From the NCBI GenBank assembly GCA_046153645.1, contig JBJXGI010000042.1, positions 1 to 64,000 on the forward strand: DNA of 64,000 nucleotides, in the 5' to 3' direction. This document shows positions 17,721 to 27,430 of the stretch, piece after piece. Origin of the DNA: Elusimicrobiota bacterium (GTDB lineage: Bacteria > Elusimicrobiota > Elusimicrobia > F11). The stretch's first letter is position 1. Every line of letters starts with the position of its first letter. Below the pieces are notes generated by a model. That model saw only the letters and a program-made list of their open reading frames with translations, made no database searches and was not told the origin of the DNA. Both the position numbers and the translations under genes were made by a program.

Positions 17721-19043
17721 TTAATTTGGGTTGATCAAGCCATATCCATGTTCACCATGGAGGCTATGATCCATTCCAGCCATTTCTTCATTTTCGTCCA
17801 TTTTAAAACCAACCGTCTTTTCAACCAAAATGACCAGGATAATTGTGGTTATAACTGAAAAGACAACCGTGATTCCAACAGCTGCGGCTTGAATACCAAG
17901 TTGTTGAAAAGCACTCCAACTGCCTCCGGCTTTTTCTGCAGCTTCAATCATCCAACTCTCTCGAATGAAGAACGATAAAAAGAGAGCGCCCGCAATTCCA
18001 GCTGTTCCATGAATACCAAACACATCTAAACTATCGTCATAGCCAAGTTTGGTTTTAAGCATAATTGTGAAATAACAAATAATAGAAGCAATAAACCCAA
18101 GGATAAGCGCGCCCAAAGGCTGTACAACACCAGCGGCAGGAGTTATCACAACAAGGCCAGCCAAAATTCCAGAACAAACACCAAGGCTTGTTGCTTTTTT
18201 ATGATGTAAAGCTTCAATAATCATCCAAGTTAAAGCACCTGAAGCTGCGGCCACTTGAGTCACTGTAAGCGCTCGAGCGGTGTCCAAACTACTTGAAACG
18301 GAACTCCCCGCGTTAAACCCAAACCAACCAACCCATAACAAACCTGCGCCCATGAGTGTCATGACTAAATTGTTCGGATGCATCGCAGTTTGAGGATATC
18401 CTCGCCTTTTTCCAAAATAAATTGACATAACCAAGGCGCTGATTCCCGCTGAAATATGAACCACGGTTCCACCCGCAAAATCGATAGCACCTTTAGGTCC
18501 TAAGTTAAACAAAAACCCATCTGAGGCCCAAACCCAATGACAAAGTGGGTTATAAACGACAAGACTCCACAGAGCAATGAAAACGCAATACCCACGGAAC
18601 TTCACTCGTTCCGCAAAAGCTCCTGCAATAAGAGCTGGAGTGATGATGGCAAACTTTCCCTGGAACATCGCAAAGACGTACTCAGGAATACCCAAACTCA
18701 TGATTGAATTATCGAGACCTTTAAGAAAAACATAATCGGAATTCCATCCAATAAAACCACCCAGAACATTGGGCCCAAAACTCATCGAGTAACCACACAC
18801 AACCCAAAGAACTCCAATAATAGCCATTGCGGCAAAACTGTGCATCATTGTTCCAATGACATTTTTTGTTCGGACAAGCCCGCCATAGAACATGGCAAGC
18901 CCTGGCACCATCAAAAGAACCAAAGCGGTGGAAGTCAGCATCCAAGCTTCAGCCCCTGAATCAATCGGCGTGGTTCCATCTGATGCCTTTAAAATCACTG
19001 GCATCATCAAGACCGCCAATAGCAGTCTTAACTTCTTTTTCAT
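17721..19043 (-). CDS. amtB: ammonium transporter
   Basis: PGLAMFYGG, DFAGGTVVH, WVGWFGFNAGS, DDSLDVFGIHG. Confidence 0.96.
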   Translation of the reverse strand: MKKKLRLLLAVLMMPVILKASDGTTPIDSGAEAWMLTSTALVLLMVPGLAMFYGGLVRTKNVIGTMMHSFAAMAIIGVLWVVCGYSMSFGPNVLGGFIGWNSDYVFLKGLDNSIMSLGIPEYVFAMFQGKFAIITPALIAGAFAERVKFRGYCVFIALWSLVVYNPLCHWVWASDGFLFNLGPKGAIDFAGGTVVHISAGISALVMSIYFGKRRGYPQTAMHPNNLVMTLMGAGLLWVGWFGFNAGSSVSSSLDTARALTVTQVAAASGALTWMIIEALHHKKATSLGVCSGILAGLVVITPAAGVVQPLGALILGFIASIICYFTIMLKTKLGYDDSLDVFGIHGTAGIAGALFLSFFIRESWMIEAAEKAGGSWSAFQQLGIQAAAVGITVVFSVITTIILVILVEKTVGFKMDENEEMAGMDHSLHGEHGYGLINPN

Positions 19044-19064
19044 ACATCCCCCCGGAAACGTATT

Positions 19065-19088
19065 TTATTGAGCACTTTTACTCAATAA
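19065..19088. promoter_or_regulatory. inverted repeat upstream of amtB
   Basis: TTATTGAG-N8-CTCAATAA, 21 nt upstream of the amtB start. Confidence 0.4.
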
Positions 19089-19174
19089 TTATGTTTTTAC
19101 TTAAAAAATCATAACATCTAGAAAAAATTTCTGAAATTGAGGCCGTAATTTAGCAATCTCTCTTAACAAATACA

Positions 19175-19579
19175 ATGAGTTCATTTTTCATATTTTTATT
19201 GGTCTTAGGGATCGTCACTTTCGTTGTATCGATTGTGATGGCAGCGCTTATTCCATTTTGGGGCATCATTGACTGTGCCATTTCAGAAGAAGAAACCAAA
19301 CAAAATAAAATTCTCTGGTTGTTGCTTATGTTATTAACTTGGTGGATAGGTGGACTAATTTATGGAATCTTTGGGACAAAAACTCCAAATTTAAAAAAAA
19401 CCGCATGGGGAAGCATTTCTCTTTTTTTTGCCGGGCTCATTATTCTTGGTTCTACACTCTTTTTTATTCCTCAACTAAAGTTCCAGTTTCTAGAGAAATT
19501 AAAAAATAAGTTTCAAAGCTCCCCCAAGGCGGTAATAACAATAAACACACCGCCTCTTCCAACTCCAACTAAAAACTAA
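19175..19579 (+). CDS. small membrane protein with PLDc_N-like motif
   Basis: WGIIDCA....KILWLLLMLL..WIGGLIYGIFG pattern; three TM segments. Confidence 0.65.
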   Translation: MSSFFIFLLVLGIVTFVVSIVMAALIPFWGIIDCAISEEETKQNKILWLLLMLLTWWIGGLIYGIFGTKTPNLKKTAWGSISLFFAGLIILGSTLFFIPQLKFQFLEKLKNKFQSSPKAVITINTPPLPTPTKN

Positions 19580-21393
19580 TTTTCTGAACGTTTTCTCATC
19601 GTCCGATCGAGTATTTTTTTACGAATTCGAATATTTTTAGGCGTCACTTCAACCAATTCGTCAATTTCAATAAATTCAATTGACTGCTCTAAAGAAAGAA
19701 CCCGTGGAGGAGTCAGCATAATCGCATCATCAGAACCAGAAGCTCTCATATTGGACAATGCCTTTTTCTTACAAGGGTTCACTATCATTGAGGTATCGCG
19801 CGCGCTTTCACCAATAACCATCCCATCATAAACAGGCGTATTAGGCCCAACAAAAAGAGAACCACGCTCCTGTAATCCTTCCAACGCGTAACCAGTTGTA
19901 ATTCCATTTTCTTGCGCAATAAGCACACCTTTTAATCGTGTTCGTTCCCCTTTGGTCTTGGGAATATAATCGTAAAAACTATGATGCATAAGGCCACTTC
20001 CACGAGTGAGTGTTAAGAATTCAGACTTAAAACCAATAAGAGCGCGAGCGGAAATCACATACTCTAATCGAACACGATTTCCTTCAAGTTGCATATTCTT
20101 TAATTCCGAACCACGAGATCCCAAACACTCTAACGTCACACCTTGATAAGTGTCTTCAACATCGATAACAAGAAACTCAGCCGGTTCTTTTTTAATGCCG
20201 TCAATCATTTTGTCGATAACTTCAGGCTTAGAAACAGCCAATTCATACCCTTCCCGTCGCATGGTTTCAATCAAGATCGATAAATGAAGTTCTCCACGAC
20301 CCGCCACACGAAATGTCCCTGAGTCACCATTTTCTTCAATGCGAAGACCAACGTTAATCTCTTGCTCATGCATCAACCGTTCTCGTAAATGACGAGAGGT
20401 TAAAAATTCGCCGTCTTGTCCAGCGAAAGGACTGTCGTTGACCATAAAATCCATGGCCAGAGTGGGTTCATCGATTAACATCGGTGGAAGTGCTTCAGGA
20501 TTTTCAAGGGAAGCAATGGTGTCGCCCACATGAACTTCTTCAACCCCAGAAACCGCCACAATATCCCCCGCGAGCGCTTCTTCAATTTCAATTTGTTTTA
20601 GACCCGAATATTTCAAAATTTTTGTAGCTCGATAAACTTTTTTCTTTCCTGTGCTATCAATAAGTGTGACTTGTTGATTTTTTTTCATGCTCCCAGCAAA
20701 GATTCGACCAATAGCAATTCGTCCTACGAAGTTGTCATAACCTAAAATGGTAACTAACATTTGTAGTGGCTTTTCAAAGTCCGAAGTAGGCCCAGGAACA
20801 TGTTTTACAATGGTATCGAAGAGCGCTTTAAGGTCGCTGGCTTTATTTTCTAAATGCAGGGTCGCCCACCCATCTCGACCAGAAGCATAAACAGTAGGGA
20901 AATCGAGCTGACCATCAGAAGCACCCAAATCCATGAAGAGTTGAAAGGTTTTATCTAGCGCTTCGTGTGGCTTTGCACCGGCGCGGTCCACTTTATTAAC
21001 GACAACGATAGGAGATAAACCCAATTCCAGAGATTTCTTGAGCACAAAACGAGTTTGTGGCATAGGTCCATCATAAGCATCGATGAGCAACAATACACCA
21101 TCTACCATTTTAAGGATTCGTTCTACTTCCCCACCAAAGTCGGCGTGACCGGGAGTATCAACGATATTAATCGTGCATCCATCAAAAACGACAGATGTAT
21201 TTTTCGCAAGAATGGTAATACCGCGTTCACGTTCTAAATCATTTGAGTCCATAACAGTTTCTTGCGCTTCATCTGCTTTAACTTTGAACTCGCCCGTTTG
21301 TTTTAACATGGCATCAACCAAGGTTGTTTTTCCATGGTCAACGTGGGCAATAATGGCAATATTTCTTACATCGTGTCTTCTATTAGTAGTCAT
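19576..21393 (-). CDS. typA: translational GTPase TypA/BipA
   Basis: [42 protein letters not shown]; start reassigned to ATG 21393. Confidence 0.97.
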   Translation of the reverse strand: MTTNRRHDVRNIAIIAHVDHGKTTLVDAMLKQTGEFKVKADEAQETVMDSNDLERERGITILAKNTSVVFDGCTINIVDTPGHADFGGEVERILKMVDGVLLLIDAYDGPMPQTRFVLKKSLELGLSPIVVVNKVDRAGAKPHEALDKTFQLFMDLGASDGQLDFPTVYASGRDGWATLHLENKASDLKALFDTIVKHVPGPTSDFEKPLQMLVTILGYDNFVGRIAIGRIFAGSMKKNQQVTLIDSTGKKKVYRATKILKYSGLKQIEIEEALAGDIVAVSGVEEVHVGDTIASLENPEALPPMLIDEPTLAMDFMVNDSPFAGQDGEFLTSRHLRERLMHEQEINVGLRIEENGDSGTFRVAGRGELHLSILIETMRREGYELAVSKPEVIDKMIDGIKKEPAEFLVIDVEDTYQGVTLECLGSRGSELKNMQLEGNRVRLEYVISARALIGFKSEFLTLTRGSGLMHHSFYDYIPKTKGERTRLKGVLIAQENGITTGYALEGLQERGSLFVGPNTPVYDGMVIGESARDTSMIVNPCKKKALSNMRASGSDDAIMLTPPRVLSLEQSIEFIEIDELVEVTPKNIRIRKKILDRTMRKRSEN

Positions 21394-21412
21394 TGGATTT
21401 ATTTCTTCTTTT

Positions 21413-22057
21413 TTAGGATGAGAGTGTTTTACGAACTTTGTGTCTGAGCCATAAAATGAGTCCCATGGTGCCAGCGACAATAGCAACTGATGACAGTGAC
21501 TCCATATGATTAATACTCATGGCTAAACCTTGGAAAGAATCTCGTGTTAAATAACCTAAATATCCGAGAATTAAACATCTGGGAATAGAACCGAGAAAAG
21601 TCCACAAGGTAAATTGTATAAAGGGAACTCGCAAAACGCCCGCAGCAGCCGAGATGAGAGAAAGCGGAACAATCGGCAACGCTCGAAGTAAAAAAATCAT
21701 CAGACTCATCCTGTTTGTCAGTTTACCTTCTAGTTTAATTAAATTATCCCAGGTAAAACCTAAAAACCCTGAGAATTTATCAATCACAGGTTTTCCGCCA
21801 TAATAAGCAATAAAAAAAGTGAAATAAGCGCCAATGGTCGATGCCACCGCACCAGGCAGAACAATTTTTAAAAAAATAGGGCCAAAAGCTTGAACGAAAC
21901 TTAAACCTGAGTCAATGAGTAGTGCACCAGCCCCCATAATGATGAGTGGGGATGGAATCGGAATAATAACAGACTCAATAATAACCCCAACAAAAACCGT
22001 TATCGGGCCATGCGTCTTTAAGGCTTCCATGATGTGAAAAGTAATTTGGCTGAACAT
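21413..22057 (-). CDS. DedA/VTT family membrane protein
   Basis: IESVIIPIPS, YYGG, LLRALPIVP..LIS.AAG, GSIPR. Confidence 0.88.
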   Translation of the reverse strand: MFSQITFHIMEALKTHGPITVFVGVIIESVIIPIPSPLIIMGAGALLIDSGLSFVQAFGPIFLKIVLPGAVASTIGAYFTFFIAYYGGKPVIDKFSGFLGFTWDNLIKLEGKLTNRMSLMIFLLRALPIVPLSLISAAAGVLRVPFIQFTLWTFLGSIPRCLILGYLGYLTRDSFQGLAMSINHMESLSSVAIVAGTMGLILWLRHKVRKTLSS

Positions 22058-22114
22058 ATCAATTAAGAGACACGTGTTTTAGCAATCTTTGAGACGAAGG
22101 AGAAATGATTTCTA

Positions 22115-22558
22115 TCAAATACCAAACAATAAAATAAAACCAAATAAAGAAAGCATCCAATAATCTAAAGGGAAACCCAAAAACCAACGCTTATGCCACC
22201 ATACATTTTCCCGATTAAACTTTTTCCAACCATAATGTGGATTAAGAACAAACCATAAAAAATCCTCGGACACCCAAAACAAATCATAAGCTCCAATCAC
22301 GTTCAGTTCTTGCCTAACACTCCAATACCCATTCCAAACAAAAGGGAGATGGAACATTCCAAAAACAAAAGTAAATGCCCACACATGGTATCCTGTTAAA
22401 GGTCGCCCTCCGTATAACCAATCTAACAACGGATGTTTTTCAACTCTCCAAGTTGGCAAATTTGCGGCCCATCCATCTTTCCCTTCAATTTCAATTTCCA
22501 TTTTTGCCCAAACAAATGAAGCGAAAAATATAAACAAAATATATGAAATAGTAGTCAT
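22115..22558 (-). CDS. Trp-rich hypothetical membrane protein
   Basis: Hydrophobic ORF with EIEIEG..GWA..LPTW and EDFLWFVLNP; ATGA-coupled to the glycosyltransferase. Confidence 0.75.
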   Translation of the reverse strand: MTTISYILFIFFASFVWAKMEIEIEGKDGWAANLPTWRVEKHPLLDWLYGGRPLTGYHVWAFTFVFGMFHLPFVWNGYWSVRQELNVIGAYDLFWVSEDFLWFVLNPHYGWKKFNRENVWWHKRWFLGFPLDYWMLSLFGFILLFGI

Positions 22559-23694
22559 TTAATTTTAATTCCTTTTTGAATATGACTTACAACGCTTTTG
22601 GCAATTTCAAAAGCGGCTTGAGGTCGTGATAGTTTAAGCGCCTGTTCTTTATAATGAGCTAGCGTATCAGGAGAGGTCAGCAGCTTTTTTATTTCATTAA
22701 CCATATCCTCTATATTAAAAACGGAAAGCCCCGCATGGTTTAATTGAATATATTCAACATTCTTTTCTTCTTGACCCGGAATAGCCGATATCATAAGGAT
22801 CATAGCGCCTTTACTCAAACTTTCTGAAAGAGTCAACCCCCCTGGCTTGGTCACAACAATATCAGCAACTGTTAAAAGCTCATCCATATTATTGACAAAA
22901 CCCAAACTGATTAATTTTGAAGGCGCTGGGATTTTTAGTTGGTCAATTTTCTTTTTCATCACAACATTTTTTCCCGAGACAGTAATAATTTGAATGGGAA
23001 TTTTTAAATTAATGACTTGCCGCACCATCTGTTCAAGTGAAATGAAACCTTCTCCTCCTGAGAGAAGAAGAAGGACGGGGATGTTTTCTTTCATCTCTAG
23101 TTGATGGAAAATATCACTCTTAACAACTTGCTTTAAAAACTGTTGCGAAATCGGGATTCCCGTGACAGATATTCGCGCAGGTTCAACTCCCAAATTCAAC
23201 AATTTCCCCACAATCCCAGGCTGAGCAACAAAATACCTATCTACGATAGGATGTACCCAACTTGGATGTAAATCGAAGTCAGTAATAACTGTTTGAATCG
23301 AAATACCTAAAATAGAATGAGCCTTTTTAATAGAAAGAATTTGGGGGATAAAAAAGTGTGTGCTTAAAACCAAATCGGGCTTGTAGTTATCTATAAAATG
23401 AAAAAAACGAGCGGAGTTCCACTGTTGAATAGCACGAATGAACTTAGAGTTTTTCCCCTTAAGATTTCTTTTCTCAGTAACTTCATAAATTTTCCCCCAA
23501 AAACGGGGGACATTTTTGACAATTAATGAATATCCCGCTTCATACGCTTTTCGAAAAGAAGGGGTCACATAATCCATTGCATTGACATGTTTGACCTCAA
23601 CTTTGGGATAAAATTTTATAAATGCCTCTTGAATGGCTTCCGCGGCTTTAACATGCCCAGCGCCAGTGGACACAGAGGTTAAAAGCACTCTCAT
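22555..23694 (-). CDS. GT28 MGDG-synthase/UgtP-like diacylglycerol glycosyltransferase
   Basis: GAGHVKAAEA, STHF, VITDFDLHPSW, TGIPI, TKPGGLTLSE, IPGQEEKN. Confidence 0.88.
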   Translation of the reverse strand: MRVLLTSVSTGAGHVKAAEAIQEAFIKFYPKVEVKHVNAMDYVTPSFRKAYEAGYSLIVKNVPRFWGKIYEVTEKRNLKGKNSKFIRAIQQWNSARFFHFIDNYKPDLVLSTHFFIPQILSIKKAHSILGISIQTVITDFDLHPSWVHPIVDRYFVAQPGIVGKLLNLGVEPARISVTGIPISQQFLKQVVKSDIFHQLEMKENIPVLLLLSGGEGFISLEQMVRQVINLKIPIQIITVSGKNVVMKKKIDQLKIPAPSKLISLGFVNNMDELLTVADIVVTKPGGLTLSESLSKGAMILMISAIPGQEEKNVEYIQLNHAGLSVFNIEDMVNEIKKLLTSPDTLAHYKEQALKLSRPQAAFEIAKSVVSHIQKGIKIK

Positions 23695-23825
23695 GAATAA
23701 AAAAGAAGGGACTGAGAGTGAGAGGATCTTTTAAAAAGTCGATGAAATATGTGTGCTAATAAAAACAGGAGAGGAATACCAGCAATAAAAATAAAAGTCA
23801 AAACGATTTTGAAGATTAAATTCAT
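23691..23825 (-). CDS. 44-aa single-TM peptide, not in the ORF track
   Basis: MNLIFKIVLTFIFIAGIPLLFLLAHIFHRLFKRSSHSQSLLFYS*; starts 4 nt after the upstream stop, and its TGA overlaps the GT28 ATG. Confidence 0.55.
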   Translation of the reverse strand: MNLIFKIVLTFIFIAGIPLLFLLAHIFHRLFKRSSHSQSLLFYS

Positions 23826-23829
23826 ACAT

Positions 23830-24648
23830 TCAAATGGGTATTTTTAATACCGGAGAAGGAAAAGAGACTAATGTCGAGGGAGCAAACTCTTCATTTCCAA
23901 CACTCGCCCATTGTACGAGTTCTAATTTTCCATCAAAATGTTCGACCAATGCCGTACAACTTTCAACCCAATCACCATCATTGCAATAAAGAATACCATC
24001 AATGGTTTTGATTTCAGCCTTATGAATGTGTCCACAAATAATTCCATCAACACCTTGTTGTTTGGCAGAGTCGGCAACAGTCTGCTCATAGGTAGACATA
24101 AAACTAACGGCATTTTTCACTTTTGATTTCAGATAAGCCGAAATAGACCAATAATCGAAACCTAAAAACCGGCGGATAACGTTAAACCAATGGTTCAAAG
24201 TAAGTGCAATTTCATAAGCATGATCACCCAATTTAACAAGCCACCGGGCATGTTGCATGACCCCATCGAACTGATCCCCATGCATGACCAAAAATTTTCT
24301 ACCATCGGCCATTTTATGAACCATTTTTGAGGACATAGAAATCTCTCCAAATCGAATGTTTCCAAAGTGTCTTAAAAATTCATCATGATTTCCCGGAACA
24401 TAAAATACTTTTGTTCCCTTACGCGCTTTTCGAAGAATTTTTTGAATAACATCATTATGGCTTTGTGTCCAATACCAAGAACTTTTTAGTTGCCATCCGT
24501 CAATGATATCACCGACGAGATACAAATATCTTGATTCGTTATATTTGAAAAAATCCAGGAGAAAATCGGCCTTGGAATTGCGGGTTCCCAAATGAATATC
24601 AGAAATCCAAATGGTTCTATATTGTTTGACAGTTATTTCTTCAGCCAT
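23830..24648 (-). CDS. plcP: PlcP-type metallophosphoesterase (usually annotated UDP-2,3-diacylglucosamine diphosphatase)
   Basis: WISDIHLG, LVGDIIDGW...W.W.QSHNDVIQKILRKARKGT, PGNHD, HGD.FD, CGHIH, NDGDWVESCTALVE. Confidence 0.75.
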   Translation of the reverse strand: MAEEITVKQYRTIWISDIHLGTRNSKADFLLDFFKYNESRYLYLVGDIIDGWQLKSSWYWTQSHNDVIQKILRKARKGTKVFYVPGNHDEFLRHFGNIRFGEISMSSKMVHKMADGRKFLVMHGDQFDGVMQHARWLVKLGDHAYEIALTLNHWFNVIRRFLGFDYWSISAYLKSKVKNAVSFMSTYEQTVADSAKQQGVDGIICGHIHKAEIKTIDGILYCNDGDWVESCTALVEHFDGKLELVQWASVGNEEFAPSTLVSFPSPVLKIPI

Positions 24649-24707
24649 ACAAAATACAGCATAATGGCAAAAAGGGAAATATCCTATCTTCTGAGGGTAA
24701 AATGAAT

Positions 24708-24725
24708 ATTACAACTGCGTGACAA
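24708..24725 (-). promoter_or_regulatory. Pho-box-like 7-4-7 direct repeat
   Basis: Minus strand TTGTCAC-GCAG-TTGTAAT versus the PhoB consensus CTGTCAT-N4-CTGTCAY; about 60 nt upstream of plcP. Confidence 0.55.
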
Positions 24726-24733
24726 TCAACAAA

Positions 24734-26152
24734 TTATGGCCAGGTGTACTTAACGGTATAAGCGAGGGTAGCCTCTCCGTCTTTTTTGACAGGTATTTGA
24801 AACTCCATGGTCTGCGACTCTTTTTTGTCCCATTTGTGAGAAGCATCTAAAATCTTCCATTCATTCCAACGATATAAATGTTCCACCACTGTAACAACCA
24901 CATCCGATGCTTTGTGATTGCGCAATTTAATTTCAAATGATTCTGTAGAACTCTTTTTATCGGTAACAAAATTTGTACGTTTTCTTTCTCCTACCACATC
25001 AAAAGCATTTCCCATTTTAATTCTAACGCGCTCATCTTTAGCGGTGTGGTCAATCCAGTCTTCGCCAATAAACTCAACAGATCCATCTGTATCTTTTTTA
25101 TAAACCCTGACTCGTCCTTTGGGAAGTGGCAACCCCAAATTATTCTCCTTGGAATTTTTAAATTCTAATACAACAAAAACCTTGGTATCGGATCCTGTAC
25201 CATAATTAAAATCACTTCGACGATATTCATCGTAACCACCATACCAGCCTTGAGAACCATCGTAAACAAATATTTTTTTAAGAGGCACATGAGCGGCTGA
25301 AGCCATTTCGATTTGTTTTATTTCATTTTGTTTTAGGGTAACAGGCCGTTGCAAAGTATAAAGGTGATATTCAAAAAAAGATTTCTCAGAAAATTGAGGA
25401 GCGGCGGATTCCATAACAGCATCTGCCATCATCACGTTTCTTTTTGTCTGGTGAGACCGCTCTAAGTTTTGAACCCTGTTCACATCACCAGCAACAAGTT
25501 TTAGTTTGGCTTCATTAAAAGATGCCCCTGAATTATTTGTAATGGTCACCCAGGCATTTAAGTCCATTTTATCGTCATTGGTATTGCTGACCAATACATA
25601 ATCAGAAGACCATCCCATTCCTGAAGTTAAATAACTCAATTCACAATTCTGTTCTCCTGCTTTTTTTGCATGAACTTGCCAAAGCAACGTGGGCTTGGTT
25701 AATAATCCCTCTGGGAGTTCAGGAAGAATGGGGTTTCCTGGCGGATTCAAATATATTTTCTTTCCGACCTGCAGTACTTTTCCTCCATTTTTTGAGAGAA
25801 GGATTCCCTTCATTAATTCGCGGCGATCGCCATTAACCCCTGTGAACCGTTCCAGCTCAATTTCCTGGCCTAAATATTTCTCCAGAATTTTTTCTTGATT
25901 GATTAAATCGTATTGAAAATTTTGTTCGATAACAGAAACAGAGTCAGGATCAACAAGAGATTTAAAATGAACTGAAGTAGGATCAATATGAGAGGGAACA
26001 TCGCTCACCACTATCTCATTTTGACCTGATCTAAAATTAAATTTTCTCAATTCCCGAACAAGACCGAGATTATCGTTATAAATGGTGACATCAGCTGAGA
26101 AAAGAAAACCTATAAAACTAAAAGATAGTAAACCGAATAGTAATTTTTTCAT
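24734..26152 (-). CDS. DUF4139-domain secreted protein
   Basis: Signal peptide; VTIYNDNLGLVRE, LSYLTSGMGW..DY, YHLYTL, PLPKGRVRVY, FIGED.IDHT. Confidence 0.85.
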   Translation of the reverse strand: MKKLLFGLLSFSFIGFLFSADVTIYNDNLGLVRELRKFNFRSGQNEIVVSDVPSHIDPTSVHFKSLVDPDSVSVIEQNFQYDLINQEKILEKYLGQEIELERFTGVNGDRRELMKGILLSKNGGKVLQVGKKIYLNPPGNPILPELPEGLLTKPTLLWQVHAKKAGEQNCELSYLTSGMGWSSDYVLVSNTNDDKMDLNAWVTITNNSGASFNEAKLKLVAGDVNRVQNLERSHQTKRNVMMADAVMESAAPQFSEKSFFEYHLYTLQRPVTLKQNEIKQIEMASAAHVPLKKIFVYDGSQGWYGGYDEYRRSDFNYGTGSDTKVFVVLEFKNSKENNLGLPLPKGRVRVYKKDTDGSVEFIGEDWIDHTAKDERVRIKMGNAFDVVGERKRTNFVTDKKSSTESFEIKLRNHKASDVVVTVVEHLYRWNEWKILDASHKWDKKESQTMEFQIPVKKDGEATLAYTVKYTWP

Positions 26153-26161
26153 GTGTTTCTC

Positions 26162-26746
26162 CTAAGGGTAAAGCAACAATTCTTTCCAATCACCTTTACT
26201 AAATTCATAAAGTTTTCGCTCGTGAAGCCGAAATGGTTTCATCGTCCAAAATTCCATGCGTATTGGCTTTAAACAAAATCCACCCCAATAATCCGGCCGC
26301 GGAATAGGTTTGCCCAAGAATTTCATTTTTAATTTCAGGATTTCTGAGACAAATTGAGAGCGGCTTTGAAGTGATCTTGACTGTTTCGATGCCCACGCCC
26401 CAATTTGACTATTGATGGGTCTTGACTGAAAATACTCATCTGATTCTTGGCTACTGATTTCTTTGACGACCCCTTCAACAATGACTTGCTTTTCAAGCGG
26501 TTGCCAATAAAAACACATGGCCGCGTATGGATTCTCTTTTAACTGAGATCCTTTTCGACTTTCTTTATTTGTAAAAAATATAAAACCGTTCTCATCAAAT
26601 GATTTTAATAAAACAGTTCTAATACTGGGTTTGGCTTGAGAAGAACAAGTGGAAAGAGTTACTGCCGTGGGTTCTTTCAAACCACACTTCTGGGCTTTGG
26701 AATATATATCTTTAAATTTTTTAACCAGTTGGGGTGTCAACATCAT
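26162..26746 (-). CDS. pdxH: pyridoxine/pyridoxamine 5'-phosphate oxidase
   Basis: RTVLLK, FFTN.ESRKG, SQIGAWASKQS, PRPDYWGG, RLHER. Confidence 0.95.
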   Translation of the reverse strand: MMLTPQLVKKFKDIYSKAQKCGLKEPTAVTLSTCSSQAKPSIRTVLLKSFDENGFIFFTNKESRKGSQLKENPYAAMCFYWQPLEKQVIVEGVVKEISSQESDEYFQSRPINSQIGAWASKQSRSLQSRSQFVSEILKLKMKFLGKPIPRPDYWGGFCLKPIRMEFWTMKPFRLHERKLYEFSKGDWKELLLYP

Positions 26747-26763
26747 TAAATTACCAGAAACAG

Positions 26764-26827
26764 GATGAAACCTCCGTCATCCCTCGACAAAAACAATTGA
26801 ACGCTACGGGGATGACGGATTTTCATC
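26764..26827. repeat. long GC-rich inverted repeat between tpx and pdxH
   Basis: GATGAAA-cc-TCCGTCATCCC ... GGGATGACGGA-t-TTTCATC. Confidence 0.65.
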
Positions 26828-26841
26828 ACAAATGCGAAACT

Positions 26842-27345
26842 TTAGTTTTTGAGCGCGCCTATAGCGTTAACATAATTCGGCTCTTGGGCGATTTCTGGAA
26901 CTTGTTCTGAATACTTCACATTCCCTGTTTCGTCAATAACAACCACAGCTCGAGAAAGAAGACCGGCAAGAGCACCTTCAGCGATTCTCACGCCATAAGT
27001 ATCACCAAAACTTCTATTCCTTAATTCAGATGTAGAAATAACGTTTTTGATGCCTTCAGCGCCGCAAAAACGATTATGCGCAAATGGCAAATCAACAGAA
27101 ACACATACAACAACAGTGTTGGCTAATTTTGAAGCTTCTTCATTGAATTTACGAACAGATGTTTGACACACAGGGGTATCAATGCTCGGGAAAATATTAA
27201 GAACGACTTTTTTACCTGAGAAATCTTTCAACGAAACATCTGAAAGATCAGTTTTGGTTAACACAAAATCAGGAGCTTTACTCCCAACTTTGGGAAGGTC
27301 TCCTTTGGTATTAAGTGGGTTTCCTTTGAATGTAATTTTTGCCAT
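26842..27345 (-). CDS. tpx: thiol peroxidase
   Basis: [34 protein letters not shown] before ATG 27345. Confidence 0.95.
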   Translation of the reverse strand: MAKITFKGNPLNTKGDLPKVGSKAPDFVLTKTDLSDVSLKDFSGKKVVLNIFPSIDTPVCQTSVRKFNEEASKLANTVVVCVSVDLPFAHNRFCGAEGIKNVISTSELRNRSFGDTYGVRIAEGALAGLLSRAVVVIDETGNVKYSEQVPEIAQEPNYVNAIGALKN

Positions 27346-27430
27346 AAATCCTCCTAAAGATTTTATAGTTGTAAGTAAGTTAAAGACATTATGCGAAAAA
27401 AAGTTCACACTTTGTTAAACTCATTTTTAT

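Noticed and set aside
19139..19157. GG-N10-GC spacing upstream of the PLDc_N-like gene
   Set aside because: Poor match to TGGCAC/TTGC beyond the two dinucleotides
21394..21486. N-terminal extension of TypA in the ORF track
   Set aside because: It overlaps the DedA gene; homology begins at ATG 21393
22064..22082. CACGTG-centred sequence resembling parS
   Set aside because: The flanks do not match TGTTN/NAACA
27346..27408. N-terminal extension of Tpx in the ORF track
   Set aside because: A GGAGG RBS precedes ATG 27345, where Tpx homology starts
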